Source: Clostridia bacterium
GTDB taxonomy: Bacteria > Bacillota > Clostridia > Christensenellales > Borkfalkiaceae
Length of the DNA: 64,000 bases
Assembly (NCBI GenBank): GCA_017473605.1
Contig: JAFUKM010000008.1
Span: forward strand, 26,881-90,880
Direction of reading: 5' to 3'
A program made the translations under genes and the position numbers. The notes below the pieces were generated by a model that saw nothing but the letters and a program-made list of their open reading frames with translations, made no database searches and was not told the DNA's origin. Of the stretch, positions 26,351-36,358 are shown piece after piece (position 1 is the first letter of the stretch; the number at the start of each line of letters is the position of its first letter).

Positions 26351-26385
26351 AAAATCCCCGTGCGTGAAAGCATGGGGATTTTTAT
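26349..26385. terminator. bidirectional terminator
   Basis: Stem AAAAATCCCCGTGC / GCATGGGGATTTTT between convergent genes. Confidence 0.7.
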
Positions 26386-26390
26386 GTGGG

Positions 26391-27224
26391 TTATCGCTCT
26401 GTCAAAGGCTCGATAACGGTTTTCCGTATATATTTTTCAAAGGTTGGTGCGGCGACAAATTGTAGCCTGCCTTCCGCAAATTCTCCCGTATGGGAAACGT
26501 GCGTATGCCCTGCGAAAACCGCTTGCACGTTGCTATCCGCAGCTTGTATGCGTTTGCAAAAAGCTTGGGTTAACGGCGTATCGTTTTCCGACCCGAGCGT
26601 AAAATATTGCACGCCGTCCCGTCCCCATTTTTCCCGTACGCTCGGTGCGAGCGATTCGGTATAAAGGGGAATATGGAGCAGTAAGATTATCGGTAAGTTT
26701 CGCGCAATTTGACTTTCTAAAAAATCGTATTGTTCGTGCGTGATTTCCCTGTCCGAATCGTCTATACCGACGATAAGCATTTCGCCGTAATCTTTCACCC
26801 AACAGGCGGGAGTGCCGCGCATAAGCGACTTATAATAGGGATAATATACGTGCGTATCGGGGACGGTTTCTACATAGCTTCCGCCTTCGTGGTTGCCGTA
26901 AACGTAGAAAAGTTCCAAGCCCGTTGCGGTAAGCGTTTCTTTTAGGTGTTCTATGCAGCTTGGGTGTATATAATCCACGCAATCGCCTGTGATAAACAGT
27001 CCGTCGTTACGTTGAGCTTTGACGAGCGCAAGCGCTTGATAAAACGCTTCTATCGGGGGGATATCGGCGATATTCCATTTGTCGGTGTGCTCGGCGGCGA
27101 GCTGTTTGTCCGCTTCGTCGTCCGTGTCGCGCGCGTATACGATATGTGCGTCGGAGATGTGGAAGAAGGTGTACGTGTTTTTGATACCGCGCAGTTTCAA
27201 TATCTGTTTTTCAACGTGGAACAT
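26391..27224 (-). CDS. calcineurin-like metallophosphoesterase
   Basis: ISDAHI, GDCVD, GNHEG and GHTHVSH motifs. Confidence 0.85.
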   Translation of the reverse strand: MFHVEKQILKLRGIKNTYTFFHISDAHIVYARDTDDEADKQLAAEHTDKWNIADIPPIEAFYQALALVKAQRNDGLFITGDCVDYIHPSCIEHLKETLTATGLELFYVYGNHEGGSYVETVPDTHVYYPYYKSLMRGTPACWVKDYGEMLIVGIDDSDREITHEQYDFLESQIARNLPIILLLHIPLYTESLAPSVREKWGRDGVQYFTLGSENDTPLTQAFCKRIQAADSNVQAVFAGHTHVSHTGEFAEGRLQFVAAPTFEKYIRKTVIEPLTER

Positions 27225-27512
27225 ATCACTCCTTTAAAGCTTTTCATTTTCGTTGAACAAGCCCTTAAACAAAGGAGAATTTTTGAGATAGAGCCTGTTC
27301 TTTCGTCGTCTTGTATGCGTACGGGAGTCCCCGATTGGTTATATGATAGCACGCGCACGGAAAATTGTCAACGGCTGGGGAAATTTTTGCAAAATATTTT
27401 CGCCGTTCTTTCACGCGGAAAAACTTGATATACGCGCATAATTGTGGTATAATCAAGACGTAATCGTAAGATAAAACCGTTTACGCAATGAAAAACAGGG
27501 TATAAATAGAGT

Positions 27513-28229
27513 ATGAGAGAACCTTTATTGGATAAATTGGATAGAAAATTCGGACGATTCGCGCTGAAACATTTGATGACGGTTATCGTTATCGGTACAG
27601 CGCTCGTTTGGATACTCAATTATATTGTCTATCTCAATACGGGAGTTTTGATAGACTCGTATATCGACTTCAATAGAGAAGCGATTTTGCACGGTCAAGT
27701 TTGGCGGCTTGTTACGTTCTTGTTCGTATCCACCGAATTTAATCCGATTATGCTGATGATTTCCCTGTATTTTTATTGGCTGATTGGCAATTCTTTGGAA
27801 CGAGCGTGGGGTTCGTTTAAATTCGATTTATTCTATTTGTGCGGCGTGTTGGGCGCAATCGGTTCGGGGTTCATTACCGGATACGCTACGGTGTATTATC
27901 TCAACCTTTCGCTGTTTTTGGCGTTTGCGCTGCTTTATCCCAATCATAGAGTGCTGCTGTTTTTCTTTATCCCCATCAAGATGAAATGGCTGGCGATTTT
28001 CGACCTTGTTTGTATCGCGTTTTTATTGGTATTCAATACGTGGGCAGGGCGGATTGCTATCTTTGTGGCGCTTGCCAATATAGCGCTGTTTTTCGTGGGT
28101 AGCGTTATTCGGAATATTGCGGCGTGGCGACGTAGAAGAAAATGGCAAAAGGGCATTTATGTAGTAGAAGAACCGCGGAAAAAAGCAAGCTGTAAAAAGA
28201 AAGATAAGGACGACCCTTTTGAGTTGTAA
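27513..28229 (+). CDS. rhomboid-like fold membrane protein (catalytic motif not evident)
   Basis: GQVWRLVTFLF resembles the rhomboid WR motif. The sequence is IGSG rather than GxSG. 6-7 TM segments and a basic tail. Confidence 0.45.
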   Translation: MREPLLDKLDRKFGRFALKHLMTVIVIGTALVWILNYIVYLNTGVLIDSYIDFNREAILHGQVWRLVTFLFVSTEFNPIMLMISLYFYWLIGNSLERAWGSFKFDLFYLCGVLGAIGSGFITGYATVYYLNLSLFLAFALLYPNHRVLLFFFIPIKMKWLAIFDLVCIAFLLVFNTWAGRIAIFVALANIALFFVGSVIRNIAAWRRRRKWQKGIYVVEEPRKKASCKKKDKDDPFEL

Positions 28230-28236
28230 AGCGAGT

Positions 28237-29244
28237 ATGGAAAGAAGAACGGGAAAGGAAAAAAGAACGGGGCAGGTACGCGGTGAAAAACAGTCGCATA
28301 CGCCTGTAAAATACGGAGATGATCCGTATACCGCCGTATATAAAGTAAACAGAAGCGATACGCTGATGGAGTTTTTGCTCCGCAAATGCAACACTTCGCG
28401 CAACAACGTAAAATCGTTGCTTGTTCGCCGTCAAGTGCTGGTAAACGGCAGCGTCGTTACGCAGTACGATTTTCCGCTTGCCAAAGACGACGAAGTGAAG
28501 CTTTCGAAAAAGAGCGTGCAGGGGAATATCGCGCCTGCGCCCAAACGCCGAGAAACGGAAAAAACGTTTAAAGCGGAACGGAACAAAAGGGAACAAACGA
28601 CGGTTAAGATTATTTACGAAGACGACGATTTTATCGCTATTGACAAACCCGTTGGGCTGCTTTCGGTGGAAAGCGATAACGAAACGGAGTGCGCCTTTGC
28701 TTGCGTGTTCGAATATTTGCAACAAAGCGGTAAAAACGCCCGTCCGTATGTATTGCACCGTATCGATAAGGAAACCTCGGGCGTGTTGGTATTTGCGAAA
28801 AATCCAAAAATACACTCTATGCTCAAAATGCGTTGGAACGAGTGCGTAACGCTTCGGGAGTATTACGCCGTCGTGGAAGGGATAATGGAGAAAAAGGAAG
28901 ACACGGTGATTTCCTATCTCAAAGAGAATAAGAACAATTTGATGTATTCCACGCAAGATATCACGGGACAAAAGGCGGTAACGAAATACGCCGTGCTGAA
29001 AGAAAACGAGCAGTATTCCCTGTTAAGGGTACAAATCGAAACGGGCAAGAAAAACCAAATCCGCGTACATATGCAATCGCTGAACCACCCCGTAGTAGGA
29101 GACGATAAGTACGGTTGTACCAAAAACCCGTTGAAGCGCTTGGGGTTGCATGCTTCCAAGCTTTGTTTTATTCACCCCGTAACCAAGGCGGAAATTTGTC
29201 TTTCCGCAAGCGTACCCGCGTCGTTTAGAACGCTGTTTACTTAA
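28237..29244 (+). CDS. RluA-family pseudouridine synthase with S4-like N-terminal domain
   Basis: HRIDKETSGVLVFAK catalytic Asp motif and KKNQIRVH. The start is uncertain (ATG 28237 vs TTG 28219). Confidence 0.86.
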   Translation: MERRTGKEKRTGQVRGEKQSHTPVKYGDDPYTAVYKVNRSDTLMEFLLRKCNTSRNNVKSLLVRRQVLVNGSVVTQYDFPLAKDDEVKLSKKSVQGNIAPAPKRRETEKTFKAERNKREQTTVKIIYEDDDFIAIDKPVGLLSVESDNETECAFACVFEYLQQSGKNARPYVLHRIDKETSGVLVFAKNPKIHSMLKMRWNECVTLREYYAVVEGIMEKKEDTVISYLKENKNNLMYSTQDITGQKAVTKYAVLKENEQYSLLRVQIETGKKNQIRVHMQSLNHPVVGDDKYGCTKNPLKRLGLHASKLCFIHPVTKAEICLSASVPASFRTLFT

Positions 29245-29261
29245 AAGAACGAATAGAATAT

Positions 29262-29288
29262 AACTGCCCCTATGGGGCAGTTTTTTTC
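29262..29288 (+). terminator. rho-independent terminator
   Basis: Stem ACTGCCCC / GGGGCAGT followed by TTTTTT. Confidence 0.8.
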
Positions 29289-29375
29289 ATTATTTTTCAA
29301 CAGGGGTATTGACTTTACGCGCGTGCGTGTGATATAATAGATAAAATATTCGTTTTTTAAGGGAGTGAAAAGGGT

Positions 29376-29813
29376 ATGTCGGAATTTACGGAAGCGTTGA
29401 GAAGTTTTTTCAAGACGGATAAATACGTAGAATTATCGGGCATAAAAATCGTGGACGTCAACGACGAACAAGCGGTGGTGCAGGCGGAAATAAACGAGAA
29501 CCACTTAAACGCCAACGGTTGCGTGCAGGGCGGTATGTTATACACGATTGCCGATTTTGCTTTTGCGGTGCTTGGCAATTACTTGCACCCGTCCACCGTA
29601 ACGCAAAGCGGACAAATTACCTATCTTCGTCCTGCGTTTACGAAAACGCTCACGGCAACGGCGGTGGAAACGGAACGGGCAGGGCATTGTACTATCTCTG
29701 AAGTGACTGTTCGCGGCGATAAAGGGGAAACGTTTTGCATTTGCCATTTTAACGGATTCGTGAAAGACGTGGATAAAAACGAGTGGATAAAGAAAATTAA
29801 CGAAGGAAAATAA
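29376..29813 (+). CDS. PaaI-family hotdog-fold thioesterase
   Basis: NANGCVQGGMLYTIADFAFA block. 145 aa. Confidence 0.8.
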   Translation: MSEFTEALRSFFKTDKYVELSGIKIVDVNDEQAVVQAEINENHLNANGCVQGGMLYTIADFAFAVLGNYLHPSTVTQSGQITYLRPAFTKTLTATAVETERAGHCTISEVTVRGDKGETFCICHFNGFVKDVDKNEWIKKINEGK

Positions 29814-29826
29814 AGAGAGAAGGGTT

Positions 29827-31542
29827 ATGAAAGAATTGATTTTGACCAACCACGCGATTGCGCGCGGCGCGTACGAAGCAGGGGTAAAGGTATTGTCCGC
29901 CTATCCCGGTACGCCTAGTACGGAAATTGCGGAAAGCTTCGTCAAATACGACGGTGTATACGCGGAGTGGGCACCCAATGAAAAGGTGGCGTTGGAAGTG
30001 GCTATCGGCGCTTCGATAGCAGGCGCGAGAGCGATGGCGTGTATGAAACACGTGGGATTGAACGTTGCCGCAGACCCCCTGTTTACCGCGGCGTATACGG
30101 GGGTGAACGGCGGACTCGTTATCGTCGTTGCGGACGACCCCGGTATGCACTCGTCGCAAAACGAGCAGGACACCCGTTTATACGGCAAGAGCGCACACGT
30201 GCCCGTATTAGAACCGTCCAACGCGCAAGAAGCGAAGGATTTTGTAAAACTTGCGTTTGATATCAGCGAAGATTTTGATACGCCCGTTATCTTGCGTGAA
30301 ACGACGCGCGTGGCGCACTCGCACGGGGTAGTGGAGCTTTGCGAGAGAACGGAAAGAGAGAACCGTCCTTATGCGGACAATTCGAAAAAATACGTAATGA
30401 TGCCTGCGAACGCGATTGGTCGTCATATTGCGGTAGAAGAACGGGAAAATGCTTTTGCCGATTTCGTCAACGGTATGGCAATCAACCGCGCGGAGTATAC
30501 GAACGAGAACGAGATTGGTGTCGTTTGCGGCGGCGTGGTGTACGAATACGTAAAAGAAGCGTTGCCCCAAGCAAACGTCTATAAAATAGGCACGCCGTAT
30601 CCCGTACCCGTAAAGGCGATTGGCGAATTTGCCAAAAAGGTAAAAAAACTGTACGTTATCGAAGAACTCGAACCGTTTGTGGAAGAAACGCTCAAAGCCA
30701 ACGGCATTGCTTGCGTGGGGAAGGAATTGTTTTCCGTGCAAGGCGAACTTTCGGTTGCAAAAATCAGACAGGCGTTTTTCGGCGGGGAAATTCCTGCGGC
30801 GGAAAGCGTGCCCGTCCGCCCGCCCGTAATGTGCGCAGGCTGTCCGCATAGGGGCGTATTTTACGTATTTAATAAACTCGGTTTGACGGTCAACGGAGAT
30901 ATCGGTTGTTATACGCTCGGCGCGGTAGCGCCCCTGTCGGCGCTCCATACGTGCATTTGTATGGGAGCGTCCGTAGGTACGGCGCACGGTTTCAAAAAGG
31001 CTACGGACGGTAAGGGTAAGAACGTTGCCGTTATCGGCGATTCCACTTTCTTACATAGCGGCGTTACGGGGCTTATCAACGCCGTGTATAACCAAAGCGG
31101 TATTACGCTCGTGATACTTGATAATTCGACAACGGGTATGACGGGGCATCAACAGCATCCTGCCACGGGGAAGAATTTAAAGGGAGAAGTTGCGCCCGTT
31201 GTGCTTTTGGACGAGCTTGTGAAAGCGTGCGGCGTAAAAGATTTGCAAATCGTGGACGCGTACGACGTCGTTGCGGTGGAAAAAGCGGTAAAAGCCGCGA
31301 CGGCAAACGACGAAGTGAGCGTGATTATCGCGCAAAGACCTTGCGCGTTGCTTGATAAAAAATTGAAAAAGCCTGCCGTCACGGTGCGCGATTGTAAGAA
31401 TTGCGGAAAGTGCATGAAGCTCGGTTGCCCTGCGATTAGCCGTGGGGAAAAGGGAATCGTTATCGACACGGCGCAATGCGTGGGCTGCGAAGTTTGCGCG
31501 CAAGTTTGTCCGTTTAAATGTATACAAAAGGAGAATGCGTAA
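29827..31542 (+). CDS. iorA: indolepyruvate:ferredoxin oxidoreductase subunit alpha
   Basis: YPGTPSTEI, TPP motif GDSTFLHSG, and two C-terminal 4Fe-4S CxxCxxCxxxCP motifs. Confidence 0.92.
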   Translation: MKELILTNHAIARGAYEAGVKVLSAYPGTPSTEIAESFVKYDGVYAEWAPNEKVALEVAIGASIAGARAMACMKHVGLNVAADPLFTAAYTGVNGGLVIVVADDPGMHSSQNEQDTRLYGKSAHVPVLEPSNAQEAKDFVKLAFDISEDFDTPVILRETTRVAHSHGVVELCERTERENRPYADNSKKYVMMPANAIGRHIAVEERENAFADFVNGMAINRAEYTNENEIGVVCGGVVYEYVKEALPQANVYKIGTPYPVPVKAIGEFAKKVKKLYVIEELEPFVEETLKANGIACVGKELFSVQGELSVAKIRQAFFGGEIPAAESVPVRPPVMCAGCPHRGVFYVFNKLGLTVNGDIGCYTLGAVAPLSALHTCICMGASVGTAHGFKKATDGKGKNVAVIGDSTFLHSGVTGLINAVYNQSGITLVILDNSTTGMTGHQQHPATGKNLKGEVAPVVLLDELVKACGVKDLQIVDAYDVVAVEKAVKAATANDEVSVIIAQRPCALLDKKLKKPAVTVRDCKNCGKCMKLGCPAISRGEKGIVIDTAQCVGCEVCAQVCPFKCIQKENA

Positions 31543-31543
31543 G

Positions 31544-32113
31544 ATGATGAATATTCTTATTTCGGGCGTAGGCGGTCAAGGCACGATACTTGCAAGCCGT
31601 GTGCTGGGGAAATACGCGCTCCTTTGCGGTATGGATTGCAAGATTAGCGAAATCCACGGTATGAGCCAGCGCGGCGGCAGCGTTACGACGCACCTGCGTA
31701 TGGGCGAAAAGATTTATTCGCCTGTCGTATGGGAAGGCGGCGCGGATATGATTATTGCGTTTGAAACGTTGGAAGCGGCAAGGGTAAAGCACTACTTAAA
31801 AGCCGACGGTATTTTGCTGGTCAACGAAGAGAAAATTTTGCCTATGCCCTGCATTACGGGCGCGGCGAAATATCCCGAAGATATCAGGGAGAAATTGCTT
31901 GCCGATTGCAAGGGGGCGAAATTCGTAAACGCCAAAGAGATAGCAAAACAGGCAGGTAGCGAAAAGACGACGAATATCGTAATGCTTGGCGGCATTTGTA
32001 AGCTTTACGGCTTTGATAAAGCGGTCATGGAAGAAGCGGTTGTTTCTTGCGTACCCGAAAAATTCAAGCAGCTTAATCTAACGGCGTTCCGTATGGGTTA
32101 TGAACAAGTATGA
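31544..32113 (+). CDS. iorB: indolepyruvate:ferredoxin oxidoreductase subunit beta
   Basis: ATG 31544 is 2 nt after the iorA stop. ISGVGGQGTILAS motif. Confidence 0.9.
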   Translation: MMNILISGVGGQGTILASRVLGKYALLCGMDCKISEIHGMSQRGGSVTTHLRMGEKIYSPVVWEGGADMIIAFETLEAARVKHYLKADGILLVNEEKILPMPCITGAAKYPEDIREKLLADCKGAKFVNAKEIAKQAGSEKTTNIVMLGGICKLYGFDKAVMEEAVVSCVPEKFKQLNLTAFRMGYEQV

Positions 32114-32142
32114 GAAAAATTATTATTAAGAAGGGAAAAAAT

Positions 32143-33447
32143 ATGCAATACTTTCAAAAAGAAATCGAAACGATGAGCAAAGAAGAAAAGCGTGCGTTAC
32201 AATCGGAAAGATTGGTAAAAATCGTCAAGTACGCATACGAGAACCAAGCGCCGTACCGCGCGAAAATGGACGCAATGGGCGTGAAACCGGAAGATATTAA
32301 ATCGATAGACGATATTTCCAAATTGCCCTTTACCGTGAAACAGGATTTGCGCGACGCATATCCGTTCGGTATGATGGCGCGCCCTAAAAAAGACCTTGTG
32401 CGTTTGCACGCGAGCAGCGCGACGACGGGAAAACTGACGGTGGCAGGCTATACGATGAACGATATCGACGTTTGGGGCGAGTGCGCGGCGCGTTCGCTCG
32501 TGATGGCGGGGGGCGACGCGGAAAGTATCGTGCACGTAGCGTACGGGTACGGGTTGTTCACAGGCGGCTTGGGTATGCACTACGGCGGCGAAAAATTGGG
32601 CGCGTGCGTAGTACCGGCTTCGGCAGGCAATACGCAAAAACAAATCCAACTGCTCGTCGATTTCGGCGCGGATATCATTTGCTGTACGCCGTCGTATATC
32701 ATTTATCTTGCGGAAGAAATCGAGCGTATGGGCTTAAAGATTGGCGAAGATATCAAACTTAAAGGGGGCGTATTCGGCGCGGAAGCGTGGTCGGAAGGTA
32801 TGCGTGAAGATATCGAAAAACGCCTGAATATCCGCGCGTGCGATATCTACGGTTTGTCCGAAATCGCAGGACCGGGCGTTGCGTGCGATTGTCAGTTTAA
32901 GACGGGTATGCACTTCCAAGACGACCATTTCTATCCTGAAATCGTGGACGTGGATACGTTAGAACCGCTTCCTTACGGCGAATCGGGCGAACTCGTTATT
33001 ACGACGCTCACCAAAGAAGGTATGCCGCTTATCCGTTACAGAACGCGCGATATCGCAAGCTTGAACGACGACCCTTGTCCTTGCGGAAGAACGTCGGTGA
33101 AACTTAACAAAATTACGGGAAGAAGCGACGATATGCTCATTATTCGTGGCGTTAACGTATTCCCTTCGCAAATTGAAAGCGTGCTGTTGAAGAATCCTGA
33201 TATTACGCCCAATTATCATATCAACGTCGACAGAGTAAACAATCTCGATACGATGGAAATCGTGGTGGAGCTTTCCCCCAACGTGAAGTTAGACGAAGTG
33301 GCGCACGTGGAAGAAATCAGAAGAAAGCTTGCCGCCGATATGACGTCCGCGCTTTCGGTGAGCGCGAAAATCACGCTGGTATCGCCGGGTACGGTGGCGA
33401 GAAGCGAAGGAAAAGCCAAGAGAATTACCGATAAACGTAAGTTGTAA
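32143..33447 (+). CDS. paaK: phenylacetate-CoA ligase family enzyme
   Basis: ATG 32143 follows GAAGGGA. HASSATTGK AMP-binding motif. PaaK-type C-terminus. Confidence 0.9.
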   Translation: MQYFQKEIETMSKEEKRALQSERLVKIVKYAYENQAPYRAKMDAMGVKPEDIKSIDDISKLPFTVKQDLRDAYPFGMMARPKKDLVRLHASSATTGKLTVAGYTMNDIDVWGECAARSLVMAGGDAESIVHVAYGYGLFTGGLGMHYGGEKLGACVVPASAGNTQKQIQLLVDFGADIICCTPSYIIYLAEEIERMGLKIGEDIKLKGGVFGAEAWSEGMREDIEKRLNIRACDIYGLSEIAGPGVACDCQFKTGMHFQDDHFYPEIVDVDTLEPLPYGESGELVITTLTKEGMPLIRYRTRDIASLNDDPCPCGRTSVKLNKITGRSDDMLIIRGVNVFPSQIESVLLKNPDITPNYHINVDRVNNLDTMEIVVELSPNVKLDEVAHVEEIRRKLAADMTSALSVSAKITLVSPGTVARSEGKAKRITDKRKL

Positions 33448-33471
33448 TCAGGGAAATAAGGAGAGAAAAAG

Positions 33472-33873
33472 ATGGTAAAACAAATAGCGGTGTTTTTGGA
33501 AAACCGAGAAGGTAGACTCAGCGATTGCTGTAAGGTTTTAAAACAAGCAGACGTCAACTTGAATTCGTTGTCTATTGCCGACACCAAAGAATTTGGTATC
33601 GTGCGTTTGATTGTAGACGACAGCGACAAAGCGCTTTCCGCGTTACAAGCGGCGGGATTTTTGTCGTCGGTGGTGGAGCTTGTGGCAATCGAAGTGCCCG
33701 ATAAAGCAGGCGCGCTCGCGGACGAGTTGATTGCTTTAAGCGACAGCGGTGTGAATATCGAATATATGTATTCGTTTGCAGGAAAAGACGGGCATGCGAA
33801 TATCGGCTTTAAGACGTCTATGCCCGAAAAGGCGGTTGCCGTATTGCAGGCGGCGGGCGCGAAGGTGTTGTAA
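33472..33873 (+). CDS. ACT domain-containing protein
   Basis: Tandem ACT pattern (IAVFLENREGRL.. / VAIEVPDKAGAL..). This is the usual partner of iorAB-paaK. Confidence 0.8.
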   Translation: MVKQIAVFLENREGRLSDCCKVLKQADVNLNSLSIADTKEFGIVRLIVDDSDKALSALQAAGFLSSVVELVAIEVPDKAGALADELIALSDSGVNIEYMYSFAGKDGHANIGFKTSMPEKAVAVLQAAGAKVL

Positions 33874-33876
33874 ACG

Positions 33877-34773
33877 ATGGAAAAAGAGAAAAGGGCGCTG
33901 GTACTTATCAACGCCTATTTGCAATCGGAATCCCAGTTTTCCCAAGCGGAGCGGATGAAAGAAGAATTGGAAAAATTGGGCGTGCGTACGGATATTTTAC
34001 GGAACGACGGTTTTTACGCCGTTGTTTCCGACGGTAAAATCAAGACGGAACTCGTTGAAAAATACGATTTTTGCGTGTATTTCGATAAGGATAAATACGT
34101 TTCCGAAGCGTTGGAAAAGGCGGGATTGAAACTGTTTAACAACCACGAAGCGATACGCGTATGCGACGATAAAATGCAAACGTATATCGCTCTTTGCGGC
34201 AAAAATATTCCTATGCCGAAAACGGTTTCGGGACTTTTATGTTATCACGAAAACGCTACGATTCGCAAACAAACGGTGGATAAAGTGGAATCGCTCGTCG
34301 GCTATCCCGTTATCGTGAAAGAGTGCTTCGGTTCGCAGGGGAAAGGGGTGTATATGGCAAAGGATAGAACGGAGCTTGTTGCGCTCATGAAAAAGTTGAA
34401 ATGCCGTCCGCACCTTTTCCAAGAAACGGTAAAAACGAGCGTTGGGAAAGACGTACGCGTGATTGTCGTGGGGGGTAAAGCGATAGCGGCGATGCTCCGC
34501 CAATCGGATACCGATTTCAGAAGCAATATCGAGCTTGGCGGTAAGGGTAGCGCCTATTCTTTGCCTTTCCAAACGCAAATGCTTTGCGAACAAATCGCGG
34601 AAGAACTCGCGCTTGATTATTGCGGTATCGATATCCTGTTCGGCGTAGGCGGCAAGCCGTTGGTATGCGAAGTCAATTCCAATGCGTTTTTTGCGGGAAT
34701 CGAGCGCGTTACGGGGGTAAACGTGGCAAAAGCGTATGCAAGCCACATTTGCCGTCAGGTTTACGGAGTGTAA
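33877..34773 (+). CDS. RimK-type ATP-grasp ligase
   Basis: YPVIVKECFGSQGKGV, DVRVIVVGG, GIDILF..VCEVNSN. Confidence 0.8.
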   Translation: MEKEKRALVLINAYLQSESQFSQAERMKEELEKLGVRTDILRNDGFYAVVSDGKIKTELVEKYDFCVYFDKDKYVSEALEKAGLKLFNNHEAIRVCDDKMQTYIALCGKNIPMPKTVSGLLCYHENATIRKQTVDKVESLVGYPVIVKECFGSQGKGVYMAKDRTELVALMKKLKCRPHLFQETVKTSVGKDVRVIVVGGKAIAAMLRQSDTDFRSNIELGGKGSAYSLPFQTQMLCEQIAEELALDYCGIDILFGVGGKPLVCEVNSNAFFAGIERVTGVNVAKAYASHICRQVYGV

Positions 34774-34775
34774 AA

Positions 34776-35366
34776 ATGATACGTTCTTTACAGGAAATCA
34801 AAAGAGAATTGAAAAACCGTCGCGGCGCGCGGGAAAAGGAACGGGATAACGACGGTAGGGTAATCGTCGATTTTTGCGTGCATAGCGACGACGATTTCTT
34901 ATCGCCGTACAGCTTGCGTTCCAGCGCCGAGCTTTCTACGGACGCGGGGGAGTTTATCGAACGGAGTTTGGAAACCGTACCCGTAAAAGAACAGGTACGG
35001 TTGCGCGTGCATAGCAACGTGATTACAAACGAAGAGCAGGTGGCTTATACGGAAGCGATAAGCAGTTTTTACCATGACAAATACGAATCCGTACGTCGGG
35101 AGAAACGCAGACTGGTCGTTCTCGCCGCGGTTATGGCGATAATTGGCGTTTTAGCTTTGACGGTCATGATTGGCTTGGAAGTAACGGGCACGCGTACGGC
35201 GGTGATTTCGGAAATTATAGACGTATTCGCTTGGGTATTTTTATGGGAAGCGGTGGATTTGCTATGTTTTCAGCTTTTGGCTTTAAGGCTGAAATCGTGG
35301 CGGTATTTATCCCTTTTGGCATGCGTCGTCGAATACCTGCCCTTGGCAAAACAGGAGAAAATATAA
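34776..35366 (+). CDS. hypothetical protein with C-terminal TM pair
   Basis: ATG 34776 is 3 nt after the previous stop. Its TAA overlaps the luxS ATG by 1 nt. Confidence 0.55.
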   Translation: MIRSLQEIKRELKNRRGAREKERDNDGRVIVDFCVHSDDDFLSPYSLRSSAELSTDAGEFIERSLETVPVKEQVRLRVHSNVITNEEQVAYTEAISSFYHDKYESVRREKRRLVVLAAVMAIIGVLALTVMIGLEVTGTRTAVISEIIDVFAWVFLWEAVDLLCFQLLALRLKSWRYLSLLACVVEYLPLAKQEKI

Positions 35367-35827
35367 TGAAAAGGATAGCCAGTTTCACGGTCAATCACGA
35401 CGTATTGCAAAAAGGTATGTATATCTCGCGCATAGACGGCGACGTGGTTACGTATGATATTCGTATGAAAATCCCCAACGGCGGCGATTATCTTTCCATG
35501 CGCGCCGCGCATACGATAGAGCATTTGTTCGCAACGTTTACGCGTAACAGCAAGGACGGCGATAAGATAATATACGTAGGTCCTATGGGTTGTAAGACGG
35601 GTTTTTATTTGCTCGTAAGAGATACGCTTTCTCGTAGCCAAGCGATTGCGCTTGTGCAAGCGAGTATGGCGTTTATCGCCACGTATGAAGGGGAAATTCC
35701 CGGCAATACCAAAAAAGAGTGCGGAAACTATTTATATCACGATTTAGACGGCGCAAAAGCGATTGCGGCGGATATGCAAAAGGTGCTTGCCGATTGGTCG
35801 GTGGAAAAATTGCAATATCAGGAGTAA
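35366..35827 (+). CDS. luxS: S-ribosylhomocysteine lyase (AI-2 synthase)
   Basis: HTIEHL metal motif and GPMGCKTGFY. Confidence 0.93.
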   Translation: MKRIASFTVNHDVLQKGMYISRIDGDVVTYDIRMKIPNGGDYLSMRAAHTIEHLFATFTRNSKDGDKIIYVGPMGCKTGFYLLVRDTLSRSQAIALVQASMAFIATYEGEIPGNTKKECGNYLYHDLDGAKAIAADMQKVLADWSVEKLQYQE

Positions 35828-35832
35828 AAAAT

Positions 35833-36357
35833 ATGAACGAAACGTTGGAACTTATCAAATCGAGAAGAAGCGTTAAAAAATACAAAGATACGCCCGTAGA
35901 AAAAGAATTGATTGAAAAAATTGTGGAAGCAGGCGCGTGGGCGCCGTCGGGTATGAATAAACAGTCGCCTATTATTTTAGCGGTAACGAATAAAGAGCTT
36001 CGCGATAAGCTGTCTGCGCTCAATGCGGGCTACGATACCGTTCTCAAACGCGCCGACCCCTTTTACGGCGCGCCCTGCGTGTTGGTCGTGCTTGCAGATA
36101 AAAGCGTGCCCACGTATTTGTACGACGGCTCTCTCGTTATGGAGAATATGCTGCTTGCGGCGCACGCCTTGGGTTTGGGCGCGTGTTGGATACACCGTGC
36201 CAAGCAAACGTTTGAAACGGAAGAAGGCAAAGCGATTTTGAAAAAACTCGGTATCGAAGGAGATTACGAGGGGATTGGGAACTGCATTATCGGCTACGCG
36301 GATATGACGCCTGCTGAAAAACCGAGAAAGGATAATTGGGTATATTTTGTAGAATAA
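35833..36357 (+). CDS. nitroreductase family protein
   Basis: IKSRRSVKKY and APSGMNKQ motifs. 174 aa. Confidence 0.85.
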   Translation: MNETLELIKSRRSVKKYKDTPVEKELIEKIVEAGAWAPSGMNKQSPIILAVTNKELRDKLSALNAGYDTVLKRADPFYGAPCVLVVLADKSVPTYLYDGSLVMENMLLAAHALGLGACWIHRAKQTFETEEGKAILKKLGIEGDYEGIGNCIIGYADMTPAEKPRKDNWVYFVE

Positions 36358-36358
36358 G

